In this document: in pieces, positions 38,394-47,588 of the stretch | Layout of the letters: the number at the start of each line of letters is the position of its first letter | Numbering within the stretch: position 1 is the stretch's first letter | Program-made: the position numbers and the translations under genes | The notes under the pieces: model-generated | What the model was told of the DNA's origin: nothing | The model's database searches: none | Seen by the model: only the letters and a program-made list of their open reading frames with translations | From: an uncultured Bacilli bacterium | Lineage (GTDB): Bacteria; Bacillota_I; Bacilli_A; RF39; UBA660 | Assembly (NCBI GenBank): GCA_947589735.1 | Contig: CANQCR010000007.1 | Location: 988-64,987, forward strand | DNA: 64,000 nt | Reading direction: 5' to 3'

Positions 38394-41300
38394 ATGAAAA
38401 AGAAAATGACAGTTGATGGTAATGAAGCCTGCAGTTATACCGCATATATGTTTACAGAAGTAGCCGGTATTTACCCTATAACACCATCTAGTCCGATGGC
38501 TGAACACGTTGATGAGATGAGTGACCAAAGATTAAATCTTTTCAATAGTCATGTCAAAGTCGTTGAGATGCAAAGTGAAGCAGGTGCAGCAGGATTTGTT
38601 CATGGCTCTTTAAAAGCAGGATGTTTAACAACGACATTTACGGCTAGTCAAGGTCTTCTTTTAATGATTCCTAATATGTATAAAATAGCTGGGGAAATGT
38701 TACCTTGTGTTATCCATGTAGCAGCAAGAAGTCTATCGACGCATGCTCTAAGTATTTTTGGCGATCATCAAGATATATATGCATGCCGGGCAACAGGTTT
38801 TGCTATGTTAGCTTCTTCATCTGTTCAAGATGCTGCTTATTTAAGTGCGGTTGCCCACTTATCAAGTATTAAAGCAAGTCTACCTTTTATGCATTTCTTT
38901 GATGGCTTTAGAACAAGTCATGAGATTCAAAAGATAGATGTGTTACAAGCTTCCGATTATGCTGATATGCTAGATTATGATGCTTTAAATAAATTCCGTA
39001 ATCGAGCTTTAAATCCGCATCACCCTCTAACTTATGGAACAGCTCAAAATGAAGATATTTACTTTCAAGTAACAGAAGCACGAAATAAGTATTATGATGC
39101 TCTACCTGATATCGTTAATGATTATATGGAAAAAATTAATGCTAAAGCAGAAACATCCTATAAGCCATTTAATTATTATGGTGGCGTTAATGCTACCAAG
39201 GTTATTGTAGCGATGGGATCTGTTTGTGAAACAATTAAAGAAGTTATTAAAGATAATAATAATCTAGGTCTTATTGAAGTTCATTTATATCGCCCATTTA
39301 GTACTAAATACTTACTAAATGTATTACCAAAGACGGTTAAGAATATCGCTGTTTTAGATCGAACAAAAGAAGCAGGTAGTAATGGTGAACCACTATATCT
39401 AGATATTGTTAATGCCTTAAAAGGAAAAGATATAAACATTGTTGGTGGCCGTTATGGATTATCAAGTAAAAATACAACCCCAGCTGATATCAATGCCGTA
39501 TATCATATGCTAGATAATCCTGTTAATAATTTTACAATTGGTATTGTTGATGATGTAACTAATTTAAGTCTAAAACCTATCCCAATTGAAACAGAAAAAA
39601 GTAGTGAATGGCTATTATATGGTTATGGTAGTGACGGTATGGTTGGTGCTTCTAAATCAATTATTAAATTAATTGGCGATAATACCGATGATTATGTTCA
39701 AGGATATTTCCAATATGATTCGAAAAAAAGTGGCGGTGTTACATGTAGTCATTTACGGTTTAGTCCTAATCCTATTCATTCGGCTTATTATGTTTCTAAA
39801 CCATCATTAGTTGTTATTTCTAAAGATAGTTATTTAGAGGAATACGATTTATTAGAGGATTTAGATGAAGGTGCTAAAGTCATTATCAATTCGATTCATA
39901 GTGCTGATGAAGTTGATGCGATGTTAAATCATCATTTAAGGAAGTTATTTATTGATAAGAAAGCTAAAGTATATTTGATCAATGCCTATGATTTAGCTGA
40001 TCAAGTAGGATTAAAGGGTAAAATTAGTACCATTATGGAAAGCGCTATTATGCGACTAACGGATATTTTACCTTATGATGTCGCTTTAGATAAAATGAAA
40101 GATGGCATTGATAAGAAATTTGCTCGTAAGGGTGATAGTGTTGTTAAAGCTAATTATGAAGCTATTACTTTAGTTAGTGAAAATCTATTGCCAGTAACTA
40201 TCAGTTCATATGATGCTACTTCTAACGATGAAGCATTATCACTTGTTAAAACGATTATGAAACGTAAAGGTGATACTTTAAAGACATCTGATTTTGTTAA
40301 TCGGGCTGATGGTGCTTTTGAAAGTGGAACAAGCGCTACTGAGAAAAGATATATCACTTCTTTAACGCCATCATGGATTAAGGAAAATTGTTCTAATTGT
40401 AATCAATGTTCTTTATATTGTCCACATGGTGTGATTAGACCTTTCTTATTAGATGAAGAAGAGTATAAGCAGGCTCCAGAAGAGATTCAAAAGCGATGCG
40501 TTAAAGCTATCGGTATGAATTATTATTATATTGTTAGTGTATGTGTAGCTAATTGTACTGGCTGTGGGGTATGTGTTAATAATTGCCCAGGTATGCGTTC
40601 TAATAAGGCTCTTATTATGGATAAGATAAATCCTAAAGAACAAGATATATTTGAATATCTAGATAACAATATTAAGCCAAAACCAATTGATAATATTTAT
40701 ACGACGAAAAATAGTCAATTTGTTAAGCCTAAATTTGCCTTTTCAGGGGCTTGCGCTGGATGTGGAGAACCAGCTTATATCAAGTTATTAACCCAATTAT
40801 TTGGTGAACACTTGATTATTGCTAATGCGACTGGCTGTTCATCAATCTATGGTGGTAGTGCGCCTTCAACTCCTTATACTGTTCCTTGGGCTAGTAGTTT
40901 ATTTGAAGATAATGCTGAATATGGTTATGGTATGCTTGTTGCTAATAATATTATGCGGAAGCGTATTGCTAGCTTGATGGAACAAAATATGGATAATGAA
41001 AATAGTGCCTTATTTAAAAAATGGTTAGACAATCCTGAAAGTTATGAAAATACTAAAGAAGTTTATGACAATCTAACCGATAATCTACCACAAGAATTAT
41101 TAGAATTAAAAGATTATATAACCACTCGTAATATTTGGTGTATCGGTGGGGATGGTTGGGCTTATGATATCGGCTTTAGTGGTATTGACCATGTCCTTGC
41201 AAGTTCTGATAATATCAAAATTTTAGTTTTAGATAGTCAAGTATATTCTAATACGGGTGGCCAATCATCTAAAGCTAGTCCAAAAGGCGCTATCGCATCA

Positions 41301-41759
41301 TTCGCATCAACCGGTAAGAAAACAAATAAAAAGGATTTAGCTCGTATTGCGATGGCTTATCCACACGTTTATGTAGCGCAAGTATCTTTAGGAGCTAATC
41401 CAATGCAAGTTGTTAAAGCTTTTAAAGAAGCTAATGAATATAATGGACCAGCTATTATAATTGCCTATACGCCATGTATTTCACACGGTATTAAAGGTGG
41501 TATGGAACATAGTGTTGATATGGAAAAATTAGCTACTAATTCGGGTTATTTCCTAACTTTTAGAAGGCATCCGGAAATGGGCTTTACGCTTGATAGCAAG
41601 AATGTTGACTTTGATTTATATGAAGAGTTTTTAAATAGTCAAACAAGATTCAATATGTTAAAAGTTATCAATCCTAATAAAGCCAAAGACTTATTAGAGG
41701 CTAATAAAGATAACGCTATTAAAACATTTAATTACTATGAAAAATTAGATAAAGAGTAA
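38394..41759 (+). CDS. nifJ: Pyruvate:ferredoxin (flavodoxin) oxidoreductase
   Basis: 1121 aa. Two ferredoxin-type clusters (CSNCNQCSLYCP, CTGCGVCVNNCP). TPP-binding region GCSSIYGG…GGDGWAYDIG. Confidence 0.95.
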   Translation: MKKKMTVDGNEACSYTAYMFTEVAGIYPITPSSPMAEHVDEMSDQRLNLFNSHVKVVEMQSEAGAAGFVHGSLKAGCLTTTFTASQGLLLMIPNMYKIAGEMLPCVIHVAARSLSTHALSIFGDHQDIYACRATGFAMLASSSVQDAAYLSAVAHLSSIKASLPFMHFFDGFRTSHEIQKIDVLQASDYADMLDYDALNKFRNRALNPHHPLTYGTAQNEDIYFQVTEARNKYYDALPDIVNDYMEKINAKAETSYKPFNYYGGVNATKVIVAMGSVCETIKEVIKDNNNLGLIEVHLYRPFSTKYLLNVLPKTVKNIAVLDRTKEAGSNGEPLYLDIVNALKGKDINIVGGRYGLSSKNTTPADINAVYHMLDNPVNNFTIGIVDDVTNLSLKPIPIETEKSSEWLLYGYGSDGMVGASKSIIKLIGDNTDDYVQGYFQYDSKKSGGVTCSHLRFSPNPIHSAYYVSKPSLVVISKDSYLEEYDLLEDLDEGAKVIINSIHSADEVDAMLNHHLRKLFIDKKAKVYLINAYDLADQVGLKGKISTIMESAIMRLTDILPYDVALDKMKDGIDKKFARKGDSVVKANYEAITLVSENLLPVTISSYDATSNDEALSLVKTIMKRKGDTLKTSDFVNRADGAFESGTSATEKRYITSLTPSWIKENCSNCNQCSLYCPHGVIRPFLLDEEEYKQAPEEIQKRCVKAIGMNYYYIVSVCVANCTGCGVCVNNCPGMRSNKALIMDKINPKEQDIFEYLDNNIKPKPIDNIYTTKNSQFVKPKFAFSGACAGCGEPAYIKLLTQLFGEHLIIANATGCSSIYGGSAPSTPYTVPWASSLFEDNAEYGYGMLVANNIMRKRIASLMEQNMDNENSALFKKWLDNPESYENTKEVYDNLTDNLPQELLELKDYITTRNIWCIGGDGWAYDIGFSGIDHVLASSDNIKILVLDSQVYSNTGGQSSKASPKGAIASFASTGKKTNKKDLARIAMAYPHVYVAQVSLGANPMQVVKAFKEANEYNGPAIIIAYTPCISHGIKGGMEHSVDMEKLATNSGYFLTFRRHPEMGFTLDSKNVDFDLYEEFLNSQTRFNMLKVINPNKAKDLLEANKDNAIKTFNYYEKLDKE

Positions 41760-41761
41760 CA

Positions 41762-41786
41762 AAAAAGGGATTAAATATCCCTTTTA
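41762..41786. terminator. Bidirectional terminator between nifJ and sigK
   Basis: AAAAGGGAT-taaat-ATCCCTTTT. The right arm contains the sigK stop codon. Confidence 0.7.
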
Positions 41787-42476
41787 ATTGTCTTTATTTT
41801 TAATATATTCCTTTAACATTTTCGTTAAAGCTCTTTTTTCAATTCTTGATACATAACTACGAGAGATGTTAAACATTTTAGCAATTTCTTTTTGGGTCAT
41901 TTTATCTTCATCATTTAAACCATACCTTTTAGTAATTATTTCTTTTTCCCTTGTTGTTAAAACTTTAAAGTATTTATCTAATAATTTAATATTATTTTGG
42001 TTATGAATATCAAGGGCAAAATCAGGATTAGGTGTTTTTAAAATATCAAGGAGGGTAATTTCATCGCCTTCTTTATCATAACCAATAGCTTCATTAAGAC
42101 TAATATTGCGGTTGTTACGCTTATTTGAACGATAATACATAAGAATTTCATTTTCAATACATTTAGCAATATAGGTTGTGAGTTTAGCGTTATGTTTCGT
42201 ATTAAAAGAGTCAATACCTTTAATAAGTCCAATGGTTCCAATACTGATAAGATCATCGATATCTTCATTTTTATTATCGTATTTTTTAACAATGTGGGCG
42301 ACTAAACGCAGGTTGTGTTCAATCAAAGTGTTGCGGGCATTTGCGTCACCATTTTTCATTTTCTCTAAAAGGTCTTCTTCTTCTTCCTTTGATAGCGGAT
42401 CAGGGAAAACATTGTTAGAGTAGGCTGCACAAAAAAGATGAAAATCTTTGAATAGCCACTTTAAGAGTTTAAACAT
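41784..42476 (-). CDS. sigK: Sporulation sigma factor pro-sigma-K (uninterrupted)
   Basis: The pro-sequence followed by YSNNVFPDPLS, IEHNLRLVAHIVKKY and SRSYVSRIEKRAL matches B. subtilis SigK (from memory) better than SigE. Confidence 0.85.
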   Translation of the reverse strand: MFKLLKWLFKDFHLFCAAYSNNVFPDPLSKEEEEDLLEKMKNGDANARNTLIEHNLRLVAHIVKKYDNKNEDIDDLISIGTIGLIKGIDSFNTKHNAKLTTYIAKCIENEILMYYRSNKRNNRNISLNEAIGYDKEGDEITLLDILKTPNPDFALDIHNQNNIKLLDKYFKVLTTREKEIITKRYGLNDEDKMTQKEIAKMFNISRSYVSRIEKRALTKMLKEYIKNKDN

Positions 42477-42493
42477 AAATCACTTCCTAACGA

Positions 42494-42501
42494 AGTATAT
42501 G
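42494..42501 (-). promoter_or_regulatory. Possible sigma-E/sigma-K-type -10 element upstream of sigK
   Basis: The minus strand reads CATATACT about 18 nt upstream of the sigK ATG. It resembles mother-cell -10 consensus elements (CATACA-T / CATA---TA) only approximately. Confidence 0.25.
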
Positions 42502-42540
42502 TCGATTATGATAAAATTATTGCAAAAACATTTGTTCGTA

Positions 42541-42549
42541 TGTTATAAT
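42541..42549 (+). promoter_or_regulatory. Extended -10 promoter element TGTTATAAT for recD2
   Basis: An exact TGnTATAAT match, then GTGGTGAT, then the ATG at 42566. Confidence 0.55.
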
Positions 42550-42565
42550 GGGTGTGGTGATTAAA

Positions 42566-44797
42566 ATGGAAAATTATATAATGGGTAGTTTTAGACAAAA
42601 AATTTTCGCATCTGATAAAGGTTATATAATTGGCCTTTTTAAGATTAAAAGTACGGATATGGAATCAATGAAAGATTATGTCAATAAAACCATAACCATC
42701 ACAGGCTATTTTCACGAATTAAATGAAAATGAAAACTATTATTTTAAGGGCGAAGAAGTGATTCATCCTAAATATGGTTTTCAGTTTAATGTTAAAGAAT
42801 ATGAACGCGTTAAACCCGAAGATAAAGATGGTATTGTCGAGTTTTTATCAAGCGATTTATTCCCAGGTATTGGTGAGAAAATGGCTAGCCAAATTGTTGA
42901 TACTCTAGGTGATAAAGCATTAGACCGCATTCTAGAAGATGAAAGTGTATTAATGCTGGTACCTAAACTAAGTGCTAAAAAAGCTAAACTAATCTATAAT
43001 ACATTAGTTAAATATGAAGAAAGTCATAAAATGATTGTCTATCTTACAGAGTTAGGATTTACGATGCGGGATGCTCTTCTTATTTATAATACCTATAAAG
43101 GTAATACCATAAATGTTATTGAGCATAATATATATAGTCTTATTGATGATATTGAAGAATTAAGTTTTGTTAAGGTTGATCGGATTGCTTGCGCTATGCA
43201 TGATGAATATGATTCCATTGAAAGAATCAAAGCTTGTATTTATTATGTTATGAAAGACTTAACTTTTAAAACAGGTGACACATACTTATATTTAGAAGAT
43301 ATTTATAATTATACATCTAAATATTTAGGATTTAGTGTTGATGATAACTATTTTAATGAATTATTAAATGAGTTAAAACAAGAATTAAAAATAGAAATAA
43401 AAGATAATAAATATTATTTAGAAGATATATATACAGCTATCGATAATATTGTCTATAAAATCAATTATTTAGTTCATAAACAAAAAAGTAAGTATTCTAA
43501 TTTGGACGAGTTAATTAGTGAGTTAGAAACTTCTAGCGGAATTAAATATAATGATAAGCAATTATTAGCTATTAGATCAGCTATGGAAAACAATATAACC
43601 ATTATTACAGGTGGACCCGGAACAGGAAAAACCATGATTATTAAAGCCATTGTTGATTTATACAAAGCTTTAAATAATTATTCGCAAAAAGAATTATGTG
43701 AGGAAGTTGCCTTACTTGCACCAACAGGTCGTGCTAGTAAAAGATTAAGTGAAGCAACGTTAATGCCAGCAAGTACGATTCATCGTTTCTTAAAATGGAA
43801 TAAAGAAGATAACCTTTTTACGGTTAATGAATATAACCCTGATTTTAGTAATCTCATTATTGTTGATGAGGTTAGTATGATAGATATCCCACTTATGGAT
43901 AATTTACTTCGTGGCCTTACTAATAATATTAAGATTGTTCTAGTAGGGGATTATAATCAATTACCGAGTGTTGGCCCCGGAACACTTCTTAAAGATTTAA
44001 TTGATAGTGAAATTGTTGACACTATCCACCTTGACATTTTGTATCGGCAAAAAGAAAATAGCTATATTCCTATCTTGGCTGATGAAATAAGGACAGACAA
44101 TTTAGGAAACTTTTTAGAGAAAAAAGATGATTATGCTTTTATAAAGTGTATCGAAAGTAATATAATCAAAAAATTACAGGAAGTCTGTCAAATGATTGTC
44201 GAAACTGGAAAAGAGTATAAACAATTTCAGGTTATGGCCCCAATGTATGCAGGAGTTAATGGAATTGACAATTTAAATAAAGTGTTACAAAAGATATTCA
44301 ATCCTCCATCATCTGATAAAAAAGAAATTAAATATGGCGATATTACATATCGTGAAGGTGATAAAGTTTTACAATTAGTAAATGATCCTGATAATAATGT
44401 TTATAATGGTGATATCGGAATTATTACAGCTATTAAAAGTGGTGTCCAAACTAAATCAGGTAAAGTCGAAGTCGTTATTGATTTTGATGGTAATTTAGTT
44501 AACTATCAAGTAAAAGATTTAAATAATATTACGCATGGTTTTATTATAAGTATTCATAAAGCCCAGGGGAGTGAGTTTGATATTGTCGTTATGCCAATTA
44601 CGCATAGTTATCATAGAATGTTATATCGTAAACTCGTATATACAGGTATTACGAGAGCTAAGAAAAAATTAATTATTATCGGCGATGCAGATGCTTTTGA
44701 AATGAGTGTTCATAGTAATTTTGAACAAGCACGTAAAAGTGATATGCTCGATCGCTTATGTGAAGTTAATGGTACAAAAGACGAAGACTTATTTTAA
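42566..44797 (+). CDS. recD2: RecD2-type (YrrC-like) ATP-dependent 5'-3' DNA helicase
   Basis: Walker A GGPGTGKT, Walker B IIVDEVSM, VGDYNQLPSVGPG, SIHKAQGSEF, and an N-terminal HhH region. Confidence 0.88.
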   Translation: MENYIMGSFRQKIFASDKGYIIGLFKIKSTDMESMKDYVNKTITITGYFHELNENENYYFKGEEVIHPKYGFQFNVKEYERVKPEDKDGIVEFLSSDLFPGIGEKMASQIVDTLGDKALDRILEDESVLMLVPKLSAKKAKLIYNTLVKYEESHKMIVYLTELGFTMRDALLIYNTYKGNTINVIEHNIYSLIDDIEELSFVKVDRIACAMHDEYDSIERIKACIYYVMKDLTFKTGDTYLYLEDIYNYTSKYLGFSVDDNYFNELLNELKQELKIEIKDNKYYLEDIYTAIDNIVYKINYLVHKQKSKYSNLDELISELETSSGIKYNDKQLLAIRSAMENNITIITGGPGTGKTMIIKAIVDLYKALNNYSQKELCEEVALLAPTGRASKRLSEATLMPASTIHRFLKWNKEDNLFTVNEYNPDFSNLIIVDEVSMIDIPLMDNLLRGLTNNIKIVLVGDYNQLPSVGPGTLLKDLIDSEIVDTIHLDILYRQKENSYIPILADEIRTDNLGNFLEKKDDYAFIKCIESNIIKKLQEVCQMIVETGKEYKQFQVMAPMYAGVNGIDNLNKVLQKIFNPPSSDKKEIKYGDITYREGDKVLQLVNDPDNNVYNGDIGIITAIKSGVQTKSGKVEVVIDFDGNLVNYQVKDLNNITHGFIISIHKAQGSEFDIVVMPITHSYHRMLYRKLVYTGITRAKKKLIIIGDADAFEMSVHSNFEQARKSDMLDRLCEVNGTKDEDLF

Positions 44798-44803
44798 GAA
44801 TTT

Positions 44804-44836
44804 AAAAGGGATTAATTTCTTCAATTAATCCCTTAT
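44804..44836. terminator. Bidirectional terminator
   Basis: GGGATTAATT-tcttc-AATTAATCCC, a perfect 10-bp stem between convergent genes. Confidence 0.65.
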
Positions 44837-44843
44837 CATTTTA

Positions 44844-45116
44844 TTACTCATAGAAATCTTGTGATATTTTTTCAGCAAACATTTCAACTTGTTCAGTTAA
44901 GATATGTAGCAATTCATAAATGGCATCTAAACTATTTTCAATTTCAACATTGCCAATTTCAGTTATATCCTGGGAACTTAAATTATTACCAATATCATTA
45001 TTCATTTGCTGTAAAGCCATAACATCGTTTTTTAAGAAGTTAATTATAGCAAGTTTTTTTTCATTATCATTTAAATTCTTAAAGGCTTCAAACACTTCCT
45101 TGAACTCTGGCTTCAT
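44844..45116 (-). CDS. Hypothetical acidic protein (90 aa)
   Basis: The ORF overlaps the upstream gene stop by 4 nt (ATGA). No motif recognised. Confidence 0.55.
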   Translation of the reverse strand: MKPEFKEVFEAFKNLNDNEKKLAIINFLKNDVMALQQMNNDIGNNLSSQDITEIGNVEIENSLDAIYELLHILTEQVEMFAEKISQDFYE

Positions 45117-45670
45117 CTTTGCCGACCTTGCTCTTTCATAGTATTATAGATTTGATCATAATAATCTTTGGCTTGACTATATTTATCACTATAAAATTTT
45201 TCGATTTGTTGAATAGTTTTTGCAAGTTCTTCAGGGTTATTAGCAAATTCTTTCTTAGCTTTTTCTATCTGATAAGCTTTTTCAGCTTCATGCTTTTCAA
45301 CACCCGGTTGTAATATTCTATCAATAGCCTCGCTACCATATTGGTCAACCAGTTGCTGTTGTGTTACCTTTTTTTTAGGCTTTTTTCCACTGAGCATTGC
45401 TTTTGCTTTACCCCAGAAGTTGCGATTCATATACTCATCAACTGTTTTCTCATATATGACCATAGCATTATGTATAATATCTTCTTTTGCTTGTTCTCTA
45501 TCTTCACTTTCCTTACGTTCTCGAACATATCTTACTGTCTCGGCATCTTGGGAATAAGAATCAATTTGCCTTTTTAAACTGTCAATTTGTCTCATTAGAT
45601 ATCTTGCTCTGGATTCATCAGTATATGATGTTACTGTATAACTTTCAGATTTTCCATCTAAAGCATGCAA
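45113..45670 (-). CDS. Hypothetical coiled-coil protein; the reading frame continues upstream through an in-frame TGA to a promoter-proximal ATG at 45766
   Basis: The ORF track begins at TTG 45670. In the same frame, 45766-45701 reads MSPLNDLKRELANYESELASIT, then TGA (45700-45698), then NVQKDTPFAL. TGTTATAAT (reverse complement of 45786-45794) and GTGATGG precede ATG 45766. Confidence 0.55.
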   Translation of the reverse strand: MHALDGKSESYTVTSYTDESRARYLMRQIDSLKRQIDSYSQDAETVRYVRERKESEDREQAKEDIIHNAMVIYEKTVDEYMNRNFWGKAKAMLSGKKPKKKVTQQQLVDQYGSEAIDRILQPGVEKHEAEKAYQIEKAKKEFANNPEELAKTIQQIEKFYSDKYSQAKDYYDQIYNTMKEQGRQR

Positions 45671-45974
45671 AGCAAATGGGGTGTCTTTTTGAACATTTCA
45701 CGTTATGCTAGCTAATTCGCTTTCATAATTAGCCAATTCTCTCTTTAAATCATTTAATGGGCTCATACCATCACTTCTATAATACATTATAACATATTGA
45801 AAATTACTAAGACAAATTTAATTAATACGTAAAAATAAATTTTAATGTTTTAAAAATATTAATTATTTTAATCAATTACTTTTAAATTGTATAATATTTT
45901 ATTATTCGTTCATTTTAATAATGTATATATGGATTAATATATACAATTTTCTAGTGTGAGGTGATATTGTGCAA

Positions 45975-46121
45975 ATGGGTAGAGATATGGCTATGATAGC
46001 TTTAGGTGCGCTAGGTGTATTAGCCTATCAAAAATATAAGCAACCAATAAAAGAAAAAATGGATTGCTTGATGGATACAGCAATTGACACAGCTACAGAA
46101 AAACTAGAAAAAATGAAGTAG
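45975..46121 (+). CDS. Small membrane protein (48 aa), not in the ORF track
   Basis: RBS GAGGTGAT. Translation MGRDMAMIALGALGVLAYQKYKQPIKEKMDCLMDTAIDTATEKLEKMK. A strong terminator follows directly. Confidence 0.45.
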   Translation: MGRDMAMIALGALGVLAYQKYKQPIKEKMDCLMDTAIDTATEKLEKMK

Positions 46122-46146
46122 AAAGCTTAATGCTTTCTATTTTTTG
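46119..46146 (+). terminator. Rho-independent terminator
   Basis: TAGAAAGC-ttaat-GCTTTCTA followed by TTTTTT. Confidence 0.7.
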
Positions 46147-46194
46147 TTTCTTAACATATATACTTAGATGTGATATAATAGAGATGGTGATAAG

Positions 46195-46683
46195 ATGAAA
46201 AAGAGATTATTGATTTTTACAACTTTGTTTTTGGCTTTAGATCAAATATTAAAAGTCGTTATAAGACATTTTATTAGTTATGGTACAAGTCTTAAAGTTA
46301 TAAACAATTTTTTCTACATTTCCAATGTTCATAATGATGGTGCTGCTTTTTCTTCATTTAGTGGCAATACTGTTTTTTTAATTGGTATGACTTTATTTTC
46401 ACTTGTAATTGTTTATTATTGCTTTGTTAAAGACAAATCTCTTAAAAGTGTTGAAGTATTTTTTATCGGTATGCTTTTGGGAGGTATTTTAGGCAATTTA
46501 GTAGATCGCGTTATTTTTCAATATGTAACTGATTATTTAGAATTTATTATTTTCGGTTATCATTTTCCAATCTTTAACTTTGCCGATATATGTATTGTTG
46601 TATCCGTTATTACATTACTAATCCTAAATCTTAAGGAGGATGTATGGAAGAATACGAAATCCAAGAAGAAAGCGGTCGCATAG
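46195..46683 (+). CDS. lspA: Lipoprotein signal peptidase (signal peptidase II)
   Basis: 162 aa with 4 TM helices. NDGAAFS and FNFADICI motifs with the catalytic Asp residues. Confidence 0.9.
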   Translation: MKKRLLIFTTLFLALDQILKVVIRHFISYGTSLKVINNFFYISNVHNDGAAFSSFSGNTVFLIGMTLFSLVIVYYCFVKDKSLKSVEVFFIGMLLGGILGNLVDRVIFQYVTDYLEFIIFGYHFPIFNFADICIVVSVITLLILNLKEDVWKNTKSKKKAVA

Positions 46684-47543
46684 ACGTATATCTTTCTAAT
46701 CTTTTAACATTTAGTCGAAGCAAGATTAATAAAATGTTAAAAGATGAAAAAATCCTTGTCAATGATAACCCAGTTAAGGCAAGTTATCAATTAAAAATAG
46801 GCGATAAAGTTAAGGTTTTTCCTTACGAAGAAGAGGTGATGTCATCATCTCCCGAAAAAATGGATTTAGATATCGTCTATGAAGATGATGACCTTATGGT
46901 TATTAATAAAGCTAATGGTGTGGTGGTTCATCCAGCCGTCGGTAATAACGAACATACCCTTGTTAATGGCCTTTTATATCATTCCAAAAACTTAAGCGAT
47001 ATGAATGGTGAGTTTCGCCCTGGTATTGTCCATCGTATTGATGCCTATACAACCGGCCTTTTGGTTGTCGCTAAAAATAATGAAGCACATGCTTTTTTAG
47101 CTAATGAGCTAAGTGCGAAAAAGACGGTTCGTAAATACTGGGCGTTAGTGTGGGGCGTGATTAGACATGATACCGGCACAATCGATGCCCCAATTGGTAG
47201 AGATACAAAAAATCGTAAAAAAATGGCGGTAACAGCTATCAATAGTAAACCAGCTATTACGCATTTTAAAGTTTTAGAACGTTATAAAAATGCTACACTA
47301 TTAGAACTTAGTCTAGAGACCGGTCGAACCCATCAAATTAGAGTTCATCTCGATTATATTGGCTATCCGATTGTTAATGACCCTGTTTATGGGCATCATA
47401 AACTAATTGATGATACTGGACAATGTTTGCACGCTAAAACATTAGGTTTTACACATCCAAGAACAAAAGAATATATGGAGTTTGATAGCGAACTACCAGA
47501 ATGTTTTACAAGAATAATGTCGCTCTTTAAAGAAGATAATTAG
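46644..47543 (+). CDS. rluD: RluA/RluD-family 23S rRNA pseudouridine synthase
   Basis: N-terminal S4 domain, HRIDAYTTGLLV catalytic motif, TGRTHQIRVH. It follows lspA, as in many Firmicutes. Confidence 0.9.
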   Translation: MEEYEIQEESGRIDVYLSNLLTFSRSKINKMLKDEKILVNDNPVKASYQLKIGDKVKVFPYEEEVMSSSPEKMDLDIVYEDDDLMVINKANGVVVHPAVGNNEHTLVNGLLYHSKNLSDMNGEFRPGIVHRIDAYTTGLLVVAKNNEAHAFLANELSAKKTVRKYWALVWGVIRHDTGTIDAPIGRDTKNRKKMAVTAINSKPAITHFKVLERYKNATLLELSLETGRTHQIRVHLDYIGYPIVNDPVYGHHKLIDDTGQCLHAKTLGFTHPRTKEYMEFDSELPECFTRIMSLFKEDN

Positions 47544-47588
47544 TTTACTTAAAAGGAAAAATATATTACAATATTGGGAGGTGAGAAA

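Noticed and set aside
45698-45700. TGA read as Trp (Mollicutes-type genetic code 4) to explain the in-frame TGA
   Set aside because: TGA clearly terminates well-conserved genes at their expected C-termini in this window (tsaE at 3123-3125, spo0A at 24627-24629, the pflB-like gene at 35012-35014). The organism therefore uses code 11.
42566-45766. RecD2-like helicase plus the downstream two-gene minus-strand operon as a defence system
   Set aside because: The helicase has the standard YrrC/RecD2 housekeeping architecture and its own promoter and terminator. The small genes are convergent and separated by a bidirectional terminator, and no nuclease or other effector domain is visible.
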